From NCBI GenBank assembly GCA_032718475.1, contig JAUCBJ010008896.1, positions 1 through 64,000 on the forward strand: a stretch of 64,000 nt of DNA. Direction: 5' to 3'. Position numbers and translations under genes: made by a program. The notes below the pieces were generated by a model. The model saw only the letters and a program-made list of their open reading frames with translations. It had not been told where the DNA came from and did not search any database. This document shows, piece by piece, positions 38,501 through 49,678 of the stretch. Every line of letters begins with the position of its first letter. Positions within the stretch are counted from its first letter, which is position 1. The DNA is from Nemertoderma westbladi. Lineage: Eukaryota; Animalia; Xenacoelomorpha.

Positions 38501-38995
38501 GATTGGAGGATGGCGGCTATACAATACCGCAACGAATTCTTGTTGACTCATGTGCCAGTGGGTTCATTGACCGCCGAGAGGATACAGGAACAAAGGATCG
38601 CAGCGACCACAGCGACGACCGCTGGAGCTCAAGGCTCGCGGAAAGAACCAGGAGGAGGGGTCCAAGACAAGCGTCAAGTCAAGGACGACCACTACCACTC
38701 CATTATAGAAGCTCAACGGTTGCAGCGCAAGGCGCAGGGGGCGTCTGAGAAAGCGCGTGTGCAACTGCAGAAGGAAGAGTTGGCGGAAGCGACCACGGGA
38801 GCGCGACAATTGGGACGAGGCCGAGGGAGAAGTTCGAGCCGAGAATCTATCGGGGCTCAGGGAACGTCGTCGTCGGTTCCGGGGAGTGACGCCTCACGGA
38901 CGCCGTCAACGGAGTCGACTAGAGGTAGATTAGTGTATCTGGGAAGGGGACGAAAGAGAGGAGCGAGCCCAAAGAACCCAGGAGCGGGTCGATAA
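35561..38995 (+). CDS. Retrotransposon ORF2 (1144 aa): DEDDy 3'-5' exonuclease-like domain plus three CCHC zinc knuckles
   Basis: Intact ORF inside the LTRs. LPKKVREAILNQDYVKVGSGVQSDL, FVDT, GMGFIAHLL and YWN..PP....QYYLVLES resemble the WRN/EXD/MUT-7 exonuclease pattern. CX2CX4HX4C occurs three times at about 37955-38128, followed by an RG/S-rich tail. No signal peptide or TM segment, so not env. Confidence 0.8.
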   Translation: MERDIRAQPRRGFTAREEAELPFARPGCKDSNVYYHGRSVMELNGKYKPSYDKELRRERMRALGDRMEVLRREYRTRYPYDFALDVCDISADPDEEIARLYHMNMYLRHEEPLPAVRDQFDGMHLYRRTRGEDQETPKVFSVYKLFYKCGECMNKQDVAIPDRLDEQHPEPILTRCPAHQFLRYNEGGYPMSNPMISIDFSGKRPPRPITPTVTTLDPYTEIKPCSTPSLIETAAAISLYRAYKDLEARREAARDSGTKPVGLELSSPWTAFTSPHRVRSLTPEHQDDIDALRQEERAAKAKELFENRIAEYNKTADRHQEETRRVTGFVPQVVSQPGPVYYSDGTEPAILVDHPESREAIRFLPMVRMADHWNVDCLREVLCAKFLRDVPMQITDYDTLDKIGAPGKESKLFGWLDKYIKVWVAVATFPDDEEVDQTWLRGKDPREQILEVCRRGGMHGAERIDARMLPKKVREAILNQDYVKVGSGVQSDLESDFNAMTDLEDRLPRPFVDTKLLLLWAQDIGIYREYPNSAKTGMGFIAHLLYNWDFKLKTQKKYEEAYGEYNTPPGAEFKSHFKRQALVYWNICAPPRASLQYYLVLESNTVTCLLADIVARVLKRHPLVFGGDQYVRSKGGIQSDVMKRFLTPFFNQSLENTSMVRRGLAIFEGVYRQNIGDLGDRPSMEYPTPEALEKWFGNQTRGFGTPFHSEADRPVKEGWPETLVEVFGVDLPVEKTYPKRTREEILEIEDKGEDVYFVPDRQPLTGEDDIVLDIGKEGSAKPIGDLIYERAWFAQARRCKLCGSTRHNLKSCDAVIEAAHKVCRWCNETDHSFHTCTVFISQCGYCGVKGHRSARCQLRDDSFQNHSANLLREMLDKWESVADYHIQAQMRWLPFKAGYGFWAVDPSHVAYEPYLQSLPQYQELILTAQDLPQNTGVIVVREYFRQLNMDNKYTWNFVAICDRITKGVFTETRKVVRARGDWRMAAIQYRNEFLLTHVPVGSLTAERIQEQRIAATTATTAGAQGSRKEPGGGVQDKRQVKDDHYHSIIEAQRLQRKAQGASEKARVQLQKEELAEATTGARQLGRGRGRSSSRESIGAQGTSSSVPGSDASRTPSTESTRGRLVYLGRGRKRGASPKNPGAGR

Positions 38996-39431
38996 TACAT
39001 TATGGCACAGGGCGACAGACTCTAGATATATACATCATCGTCGCTCTGATGTATATTGTAGCATTTGAAAATTTTCGACTAGACTCGTATACACTAGTTG
39101 AGTTATTTGAATTTATATTATGAAAGAGGCTAAGGAAGTGATTGGGGAGACAAACCTGCGGGTTTGGCTTACTCCTTTCACTTGCCCTAGCAAAATTTTT
39201 ATATTTGATTTTGTATGTAGTAATCATTATGTAGTAAGAATGAACGAGAAACAATATTTTGTAAATTTAATTTGTATGTAATTCATTATGCAATATCTAT
39301 GGCAATATTTGTAAATAGTAGAATTATTATGTTATTTAGATTGGTTGGAAGAAATTTATTTTGTTTTGTATACATCACCTTATACTCTTCTACAATTGGA
39401 GGGAAACATTATATGATTTCCCTTGGAGCGG

Positions 39432-41613
39432 TGTTACGGTATATGGCGCTGTATCCACAGTATTAGTCCATTATGCAGTATGCAGTATTAGTCCATTATG
39501 CAGTATGCAGTATTAGTCCATTATACTGTACGTAATATTAGTCCGTTGTGCAGTATAATTATTTAGATAAGGTGCAGTGTGGTGACATTTAGGTAAGGAA
39601 GTTAAAACGCCCATATATTTTGCATCCATTCATTTTGTATAGTATGTAGCCCTACCTACGTAATTTTGTATTAGGATATATGTAGATAGTTCCAGGGTAG
39701 CGAGTTTACTCGGACCCTGGATTTTGTGCTTGCTGATATTAGTTTGATAGGGCTAGCATATAGGGACGCTGTCCTGGCCATTCAGCAGCCAGAGACGTGA
39801 TCCATTACCATATATGGTAATAATTTGAGGGCATAGGGCTACAATCCGGTCTCCTTATTGGATTAACTGCTTCCAGGTTGGTTTAATGCTAGCATGGACT
39901 GGAGAGCCAATGGGAGAGCGATTGAGTCACCTTATTGCATCACCCCATCCGGATCACCTATAAATTGGCGGTGTGCCGGTAGGGCCTTTTTTGTTGTTCA
40001 TATGTTCATGCCTTATCACATGACACACCCCTGTTACAATTTACTTGCTGAGCTGTCTCTAATTTTGTATTAGGATATCGTATTTTCTGCAATTTGCTAA
40101 TTTTGATTAATTTCTTGGAATGATTTGCTAGTACGATTACTTTGCTTGTGTTTCTCAATAATTCCTTCGATTACTGCAAATTACAATCGAACTATGATTT
40201 CTACCTTTGATTGATGGTTCTATGTGATTCTTTTCTGCGCAATAATCCCAAGGGATTCCTGAGACTGTCAGACTTTGTGATTTGCATGCGCCGCTACGGT
40301 AGCTATTAGCATCATGGAGGGCTAAGGTGCCAGTGGGCGGTGGGCGCATCGGGGGGTTGAGCGACTAGGAGAGAGCGGAGGATTCAAAGCGGGCAACGCT
40401 GGCCAGGGTCACCGTTGCGGGCGGGTATCTTGCACTGCGGCACGCAGACCGATCGCCGGTACAGTATCTAGGGGGCTGATGATCCAGGTTTTGTCTCTAT
40501 TTAGTATTAGGGGGGCAGGAATTGGGTTAGTTAGGAATCCTAGATGTACCCGGGAGAGGCCTGCGCGTAGTACAACGTTGAGTGTGGAGTACGAGTAGTG
40601 AATTGCACAATTGTAAACTGTGATTTCTAACGCTGATTGGTGTGTTATTGAAGTGTGCCTAAGATTACGAATGCTTAGATAGGCGCTCTTTTTTCCTTTG
40701 ATTGATTTCTATTTCTTAGTTACAATAATTAGTTATTGATTAGGTCAAAGTAATACGGCAATTTAGGCTATTACTAGCGAAACCTGTTGCGTGATAAATT
40801 AGAATTACGTATTCTGGAACTCTTAGTAATTAGTACGCTGTTAAATATTTGTGACTGTAATTAATTAGTAAAAAATTAAGAATTAGTACGCAGCATAGCG
40901 GAGAGTAGCTAAGGTAATAATTAGTGTACTGTAAACTATTCACGCTGAGCGGTTATTTGCATTAGCGGGCAATCAGCTAGAACGCACTATTCGGTACGCA
41001 CGATACGCTAGTAATTTTGCTGGCCTAAAGCCAGTCGCGGGCAGTTTTAGACTCGGAGTGGTATTATCCACGTAGAAACAGATACTGTACCATTTTGATA
41101 TTTTAAATATTCTCGCATTCACACATTACGTTAGGGAACCTCCAGTATTCGCGATTAGAAAGACGTAGGTAATAGCGTGCTTTAATAGTGATAAAATTAG
41201 GCGTAAGAATACTCTGAGTGCAAGGCCTCTCGCACTCGTCTTAAGTAAGCTTAGGGAGCCGACTCGGGTTTATTGTTTTGGTTATTCCTGCGTGGCTCAT
41301 AGATTCGAACAGTTAGCTCTCTATCGAGCAATCGGTAGAGAAAGGAACAAGCGATTTTGCAGGAGTTGTGTAAATTTAGTAAAATATATTAGCGGACGGC
41401 AGATTAGCGCCATCTAACGGTAAGTAGCGGTTTGTATTTAGCAACCCTTACAATTTAGTAATAGCACACTCCTGATCCCCTTTACTTAACAGTAGAGCAG
41501 TCTTTGTGTCTTATTGGTTAGACGAGAACTTATTAGGTTGGCAGAAGGATATTAACGGGTATTGGTCTGTTCAACAGTTCTGCTGTTAGTATAGAGGTCG
41601 CGGTTGTTTATCA
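39432..41613 (+). repeat. 3' LTR (2182 bp)
   Basis: Direct repeat of 22940-25121, followed by TSD tatac. Confidence 0.97.
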
Positions 41614-41659
41614 TATACTGTATTACTGTTGACAACACTAAAAGACATTACAGCCCACT

Positions 41660-44600
41660 ATAAAGCGGCATATAAAGCTTTGGGGCTGGCGCTTTGCGAT
41701 CCAAATGTGTTTTATAATGACCGTAAGGTAGGCTTTCATTAGTTGATATGTAGTATCTTTTATCTTCCCACAGTGTTAGCGATTTTTTTTTGTGAAACGG
41801 TGTAGACTTTATGTAAATTCGATTGAAACAATTGAATGTATTCGTAATGCTCGCTAACCTCGTTATATACTTTTAAATATGATTCGTGGGAGAGTTTCTT
41901 TTTTATAACCATTTTTCCTACGCCTTTAGCGACACGTTTTGGAACTGACCCCCCTCGAAAGCTATAACATTTTGTGGTCTGAGTAAAATAACCTGTTCAA
42001 ACGGGATAGACTTCCTTCATCCTTTAAATATCTATATTTCCCTTTCTGTTCTACTGTATACAGCGGATGTGTAATAGGATAATTTGAACAGTCTAAAACT
42101 TTTTTTGATTGTAACGCAGATAAAAATTGGTGTTGGGATAAACCAACACACTGTAGAAAAAATGAATCGGTGTCCCCACCTAACAAATGTATTTTACAAT
42201 TTAATTCGGCTTCCAAGCCATTTATCCATTTATCGTCCATTTATCGTAGAAAAAAGTGTAGTAATCTAACTTTGACAAGTCCAACACAGCTTGGCCTAAA
42301 AAAATAGGTTTTCCAAACAAACTGCGGTTTTAGATAGGATGTGACCAGATAATGAATCAGTGAACATAATTAAATTTTTATGGTTCGGCTTGGATAATAA
42401 TAAGTCACATTTCTCGATTGAGTTACATAAGCAAAATGAGACGCGGTCCCGTATATTCTCCATGCTTTTCCCGAAAAGTGCGTTATTTGTTCCTTTGTGA
42501 AACTTATCATAAAAGTCATTGCTAGCTATTTTTCTTTGCTGGGTGTTATATTCAATAAAATCCTTAAAAATGTAACCTTGCTTAAATCTAATAAGTTTAT
42601 GAACTTTAATCAAGCGCATTCCATGATGAATATAAAGGCGCAATAATTTTAGATGTACACCATACTCATACTTATCAAATTGGGTTAACATCAATTTTTT
42701 TGCGCGAAAGTTTTCAAAAATATCGGCTAGTAGCAACATGTCAAGATGTAAGTAAGCTTCCAAATAAACAAAAAGTGTCTCACATCCAAATAGTTCCCAC
42801 GAAAGATGAGCAAATGTATACATTGTTCTTGCATTATTGACATTATGCTATGTTATTGTATTCTTCAGGGCTAATAGATGATAATGTTAATTCGCTGTAG
42901 AACTCTTTCAGATATGGTAATTTAGTATCCCCCAATTTACTTAATGAATCGACATATTCATAAGGAAAAACTGACTAACGTCGTAAAATTTCGTCAGTAA
43001 AATTTCGTCAGTAAAATTTTGGATATAATTTTCTCATTTGCTTCACAGTGTGTGGGATAACGGTTGTTAAATCTAGCACATCTTTTGTCAAAAACCCAGC
43101 TAAAGCAGAAAGGGAAAACCCCATAAACGCGAATGAATCAATAAACTGTATAGTTATCGATTTGCTGGTTGGGAGCCCTTTTACGTCCATTTCCGGAATA
43201 GCATAACCGAGCACGCTATGTGCTTCTGACATTGGAAAATCAATGCAGAGTGAGATATACCTTTCAGTATTTTTTGCGATGGTTTTAATGCCCCAGTTTT
43301 TATATTTATTATCGGCGAACCCTTTTTGTAAAATTAAATGAGAATCATAGGCGAAAAAGTTATGTAAGACAACTGGGAATAGGTGACGTTTCACACTTAA
43401 TTGTTTATTACAGGAAATACACGCTGCACCAATGAAAGCTCCGTTGTAATGGTTGTGATGCATTACACTTGGATTTATATCTTCCCGAAAAAATGATTTA
43501 CAATTAAAGCAATTCGTGGCATGCATGTAAGCTTGGTGTTGTGTGTGATCCAGGTGTTTGGGGTGGTGTGTGTTAAAGGTAGACCATTCATAGCACTTAA
43601 ATAAATCAAAAACCAGACTATCAATAAAATTCTGTACCGAGTTATTATCAATATTTTGTCTAAATGTAGACAAAAATAAATTTGGGGTGTTAATTAATTC
43701 GCTATTAGGTAATATCAAATATGAAGCGGCCGAAGGGAGATGTCCGGCTATATAATATTTTTTTATATTATTTGTTGGGGCTAGCACCATTTCGAAATCC
43801 CCATATACTATAAAAGGCGTACTCACAGACATATAGTAATTAGTAAAACGTAAATTCAGTTTAGATGGCATCTCCTCTATTTGGCGCCCACCTTGCCAAT
43901 ACCCCAATCTAGGCATCTCCTCTATTTGGCGCCCACCTTGCCAACACCCCAATCTATGGCGTTCTAACGCATTTGGACGGTAGAAGCCACGAATACATCG
44001 CTCACAATGAAGACAATGAGTGTCGCTATTGCCTTCCCCACGACCATTAAATAATCTATTTAAGTTAGAAACCCCGACGATGTGATTTGTCGAGGTTAAA
44101 TTTTGACGTACAATAAGCAATATATTTAGTAGTCTTTTACCTTCAGCTTTTTTAGCGCTCGGTTGTCGTAGAAAGGAAATTTTCTCGCTACTTCTATTGA
44201 AATACAATAAATTTATTAAATAATTTGGATTATTTTTTTCAAAATTTAGAATATTTAGTTTCCATGATATGGTAGAATCTAATTTGCTTAAATTAAAAAA
44301 CCCTGAATACTGATTATAAGAACTTTGGCGTGAAACATGGTACAGTGTGTGATCATCTGATATATGTTTCGAAAATTTTGCGGTCAGGACCACCCACTTA
44401 AAACATTGGCCTTCATTACACGGTACATTTATTATACAATGTTTATTTTTTAATTTTGTTGGAATTGATTGGTTGGCATCACCGCTATGCCCAAAAACGA
44501 TATACCGGTCGCAAGTATGACGCAATAGTAAGTTTAATGCACGATACAGTTACAAGTTTCCAACCACTACCCCGCCTAATAAATCGCGATATTTTTTCAC

Positions 44601-45250
44601 AGATATGGGAAATGACTACGGAGTACCACACATCAAAATCCACGCTATTTTCAATATAATTATCTGTACTGGTCGAAGTAAAATGGAATTCATCTTGTAA
44701 TGTATAATTAGCATCATCGCGTTCCATTATCACCGAAGCAATCACCCACACTTTATAAAACATATCAATAAAAGTCGACACAGTCAAGTTAAAAGCGCGT
44801 GAAGCATATATCCCCACATAATTTAAATAATTCGGCACATCTGGATACATCTCATTAGATGGCACATTATGGGTATATTCCTGAACGCGTGATTTGTGAC
44901 ATGTTTTTGAGAGATGAAAACCTTCATTGGGTGTATCTGAGCTGTTTGTAATGCTTACAGGAAAACCAACGTTGAGATCCGGTTGAAATGTCGGTTCTGA
45001 TTGTTTTTGATTATGTTTGCATTTGCGAGAATTGTAATGGTTTCGATGGCAATTGTGTTCGATATATGAATTGAAATTTTCGAAATCATCGGAGCATGTT
45101 GGGCAGGATAGCGTATAACTGTGGTAGGTATAATTCGGGCGAGACGACCCACAACATCTATTACTGTGAAATATTGCTATTCTTTAGGAAGTAGTTCGGC
45201 AATTACAATTATCGCAAACATACCCATCGAAATGTGTGCGTAAATGCTGT
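41660..45250 (-). pseudogene. Polinton/adintovirus protein-primed family B DNA polymerase, fragmented
   Basis: Consecutive fragments contain GSGW, CFKW, VYGDFE, an EndoVII-like HHNHYNGAFIGAACISCN, LHNFFAYDSHLI, FIDSF, YLHLDMLLLADIFENFR, NNALFGKSMENIR, GDTDSFF and a C-terminal EDKR...LPYGHY. Multiple frameshifts, including 14-bp and 45-bp tandem duplications. Confidence 0.9.
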
Positions 45251-45636
45251 AAATAATTTTTCTTAAGCATAGTATAACCGCAAAAAATGCAAGTAATCTT
45301 GGCCATTACAATTATTACAATTATAATATATTTATTAACGTAGCTACAGAAAACATATTTACAATATTGCTTTATGCTTTAAATTTAATCCATAATTAAT
45401 AATATTATACCAATGAAAGAGATGCAGTAGATTATATGTAGATAAATATATCCAATACCCAGCCAGCCACCTTATACTAGAAACCGTTTAACCAACCAAA
45501 ATTTACTGAACTGACAAATTATCATATTTATATGCTCTATTAACTAGACTTTATAAACACGTGTAAGAGTACTGAAATAGTATTGACATGTGTCACCAAC
45601 CGAGATTGGTGTTATGCGTTTAATGCCGCATATTTA

Positions 45637-46269
45637 TTAATATGTACGGTGAAATGCCGAATTAATCTCTTCCCCATACGGCGTTAAATTCATCGGTAAA
45701 AGCCCGAAATAATCATCCGAATAAATATTAGAAACGTAAAGTATTGGTGCATTATATTGTTGGCATATAAGCTGGCATATTTTATCGCCCGATGTTCCAA
45801 TGTATACCTTAGATGTGTTGTTAGCCAATATAATTACAAGTTGATCTATATTACCGCGTGCAACGCTCGAATCCAACACACATTCGACAACATCGATTCC
45901 AATTTTTGCTAAGATAAAAGCCGGTGTAATTCTTCCAAAATAATTGGTGGGTAAATATATTTTAACGCCGGTCTCAATTAACATTCACGAGCGCGGCTCT
46001 ATTGTTCTATTCACAGCGCTATATATGTCAATCCCAGCTGGACTATATGATCCACATATAGGCGCTCGAGCTGTTGGGGTTAACAATTCAATTTTTATTG
46101 GAATAATTGAATTAGGCCCGCAGTAACTATTTTCAGGTTGTGTTATTGGAAACATTTTTTTCTTACGGTGTATTTTACCTAAAAAAATTCCGAAAAGAGA
46201 TGAAATAATGAATAATATATTTGAAAAAATGATCTTATCTATAGACTCAAGCTGCCCCGACATTGTCAT
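45637..46269 (-). pseudogene. dUTPase-like gene, frameshifted
   Basis: PTARAP..GS..AGIDIYSA (motif I), IETG..I.LP..YFGRI, VLD, and GDKICQLI (motif IV). Frameshift near 45985; motifs II/III are degenerate. Confidence 0.8.
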
Positions 46270-46832
46270 ACCACTTAATCAATAATATTTTGGCCAATGG
46301 GTTTAAAACGTCGTTCGCTCGCTGCGATCATTCGTTTTTATTAAATGATTACAGTAAAAAATATCCAACGAGAAAGTTTTGCGATGCCGACATTAAATTA
46401 AATTCGCTCATGCATAAAATTATGAAACTTCCAAGAAGCTACGCAGTTAATACAGTTGACGTCAATCAATTTAACTGTGAGTAATATCCTGTGGAAATTC
46501 AGGGGTGTGTCTATAGAAATTTATATTGGTCGCATTAATCACCACCGCAAAGCTGTTACCACTTACGTCAACCAATTTAAGCGTAAATAAATATTTCCAT
46601 TGAAATTTAGGAAGTTTTTCAAAAAAAAATTCTCTCAGGACAATGGCGATTAAACCGGTTGAATAGTTAAAATATACCAATTATCCCGATAGCCCATCAT
46701 TATATTATAAATACGCCGTAAAATACTTTATTTCATCATTCGGGTTAATTCACTATTTCATATTTTTTCGCGCATTGTTTTGGCGCAATATTATTTATTA
46801 TTTTTACACTTAATATTTCACAAAATTTGTCG

Positions 46833-47612
46833 ATGGAATCTGTGAAACCATCACAACCAAAAATGATGCCTTTAAGCGGTAGCTCTACTAGCAGTGTACC
46901 CACCCCATACGTAACATTGGCTACGGGTAAGAGTTCGTGGAGTCTCGAGTTTTTGGAGGAAGGAATAGAAATAAAAGCATTTAACAGGAAATACGTTCGA
47001 TTCAATCGTTGGGGTGATGCCAACAAAGGCCGCAACGTCGTGCAAGAATCGGTAAGTCTTACTTACCAGAACATAAGATTCCTTTTTGACTTCCTCAATT
47101 ATAAGAAAATAGCTATTGAATATTACAAGGAATACACCAGAGGTAATTTGTTTATAACACCCATAAATCACGCGTACTTACGCATTGGGAAAAACCGTGC
47201 ATCAATCTTTATCTCGCGAAGAATTCTAGATGTCTTACAAAACATCTACGCCAAAGCCATTCTTTCCCGTATTGAACCAAAAAAGAAGGAAATTCACAAT
47301 GAGAATTTTATGGAGTTCGAAGATTGTGGGTACATCGGATGTATCTACGACTTTGAAGGGCAACGATTTGTCGGCGTTTGGGAAGCAGATGATATAGGTA
47401 GACAGTGGAAGGGTGTTCTATATTACGATGGGTTGAATCTCAGAGTGGATGAATTCTGTTTGCTCGACTTTAACATAGATAAGAATGTTAAGGAGAATAT
47501 CGATGAGGTTAGTATAAGGTTCACATCGATCGTTAACGAAAACGGGATATATTCGACAACTTCGACACCAAGGTTATTTTCATCTCTCGAAACAACACAA
47601 ATGTCAAGATAA
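46833..47612 (+). CDS. Polinton-associated ORF, possibly PC4-like ssDNA-binding folds
   Basis: Open ~259 aa from ATG 46833. FEGQRFVGVWE...GLNLRVDEF and AFNRKYVRF...SVSLTYQ loosely resemble PC4 (F.G...VDIRE...GISL...QW). Confidence 0.4.
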   Translation: MESVKPSQPKMMPLSGSSTSSVPTPYVTLATGKSSWSLEFLEEGIEIKAFNRKYVRFNRWGDANKGRNVVQESVSLTYQNIRFLFDFLNYKKIAIEYYKEYTRGNLFITPINHAYLRIGKNRASIFISRRILDVLQNIYAKAILSRIEPKKKEIHNENFMEFEDCGYIGCIYDFEGQRFVGVWEADDIGRQWKGVLYYDGLNLRVDEFCLLDFNIDKNVKENIDEVSIRFTSIVNENGIYSTTSTPRLFSSLETTQMSR

Positions 47613-48809
47613 TTAAGGAATTACAGAAGTACGCAGGCCATGATATTCCGACTGGGTGCAACTTTCTACCGATTAAAAAGTTAGTTGTTGAGGCTGCGAT
47701 TGATGAATTAGTGGACGAGGAACTCATGAAAGTGGAAATGCTGAACAACGCTAGACAGAGATAGGTGAGAAAAAATCTAGTTGCCAATGATTGCGGAAAA
47801 TGAGCTAGGAGGCGGTGCTGAAAAAAATAATGATTATAAGGATATTGATACCCTCATTGGGGATGCGAGCGCTCAGATGAAAACACCTCAAGCCATGAAA
47901 GAACAAGCGCTTAAGCGAAAAATTGATCTCATCGTGAATAAAACACCTAGCTCTGTGTATGAAGATATCAGCAACTTTGAAGAGGACATAATGGATGATG
48001 AAGACATTTACAATGAGATAGAGACTGACGTGGTGTCGCTGTAATGAGTCAGACATGGTTAAATAATTATTATTATTTTGTGGTGGAAAATTATAAATTT
48101 GTTAAATTATTTGTCGGTATAATGAATTATCAGTGAAATATTTGTTGGTTTATTGAATTGTCGATTGAAATAAATATTATTAAAATGATATATAAATTTA
48201 TCTATTTATAGTATTATACATTATTATACATTATTATAAACATATTTATTTAATTTATTTTATTTATTATACATGGATGTGGATGGAGAGAATGAGATTG
48301 TAGCGGATGAGGTAGATATGGATGTGGAGGAAGAGGAGGAAGATGAGGATGTAGCGAATGAAATTGCAAATGAGAACGAAGAGATATTGGTGGTGATGTA
48401 TGCGAGGGAAAAATAAGAAGCGTGGGTGGAGAGGTTATTAATCCCAGGAACGAGTGGGAAGAGATAGAGAAGAAGCATTATTTGGAGGAAGAAGCGAGGA
48501 CAAACGGTGTGTGGGGGGAAGATTGGGAGTTGGAGATGGAGGCTGAGGGAGATAGGAGAGCCGGGAGGTGGAGAGATGTGCGCGGGAGAATGCAATGGAG
48601 GGGGAAATCGAAATGTTGCGTGGAATGTTGGGGATGTTGGGCGGTGGTGGTGAAGGTGATGATGTGGAGGATGAAGAAGATTGGGAGATTGGGTAGATGA
48701 CGATAGTGGAATAAGTGGGTGAGGTGGTGGGAGAAATTTTTAAATAAAAGCGGTGATGGATTTAAGTAAAATTCAAATTAAAATAATAATATTATAAATA
48801 CAATAACCT

Positions 48810-48886
48810 TACTTCGTCGTAGCTCGCCCACAACCCATTAATGGTACCCATAGGCTAAGGCTTCACTCGCTTCATGGCTCGCCCCA
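48810..48886 (+). repeat. Diverged 3' end of the Helentron-like family seen at 20260-20380
   Basis: attaatggtacc...gctaaggc..cactc.cttc.tggctcgcccc is shared with 20270-20318. Confidence 0.65.
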
Positions 48887-49678
48887 TTTTTTCATCAAAT
48901 TACGAAATAACTGAGTTATTAGCAACCAAAAATTTATGGTGGCGACAGAATGCGATAAGGCGCACTATTACTGGACAATAACTGTAGAATTGCAATATTG
49001 GTAGCCGCCGTTAGTCTGTGTTTATTCACCTTTTTTAGTTGTTGCGTCTGTCATAGTCTATCATGTTAAAGACTTTAACAAACGTCTGCAACCCACTTAC
49101 TTGCTATATTGGGTTTTACCTATTGCGGTTCAAAGTCAAACGACAACCGGTAGACACGAATTAATTAAATTACTTCCATCTGTGGACTGGTCTTATACCA
49201 CATATGTCACATATACACAGTGGTGACATGTTAACATATGCACAATGGTAACCATAGTAAGTGGGTGGGGTGACACAATGGTAATCATAGTAAGTAGGTG
49301 GGGCAAGAGCCGTTCGGCAATGTCTTTAACATGGTAGACTATGGCAGACGCTGTTTTATTTAAGTTGTTTACTATACTACTCCTGCTGCATAATCTTGTA
49401 ATACGTTTTAACTACAGATTCCAAATCCCAAATTCCACATTTGCTAATCCTAAATTATTTACCCAAATTCATTATTCCCAAATCCCAAACACCTTAATCC
49501 CAAATCCCACATGGTATTTGCGTCCATAGTTTCCCCCCTGTTTCAATAATTTGTATGAGAGTGCAGCACAACTTGACAATCATAATTGAAGAATTGGTAC
49601 CCACCCATATGCTAATCGTGTTTCCTTTGAAATATGCAAGGACTAACGATAGTGATACTTATCAATATTGTTTTATAG

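Larger units (their letters stand above)
22940..41613 (+). mobile_element. Full-length BEL/Pao LTR retrotransposon (18,674 bp) with an extra ORF
   Basis: Two 2182-bp TG...CA LTRs, 5-bp TSD tatac (22935-22939 and 41614-41618), intact gag-pol with PR-RT-RH-IN order, and an intact ORF2. Confidence 0.97.

Noticed and set aside
27296-38809. Numerous antisense and alternate-frame ORFs overlapping gag-pol and ORF2
   Set aside because: Shadow ORFs of long coding regions with no recognisable motifs.
35561-38995. ORF2 as an envelope glycoprotein or second gag
   Set aside because: No signal peptide, TM anchor or recognisable capsid region; a complete gag is already present in ORF1.
48260-48740. Acidic or Pro/Ser-rich ORFs
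   Set aside because: Low-complexity GA-rich tract with stops; no supportable product.
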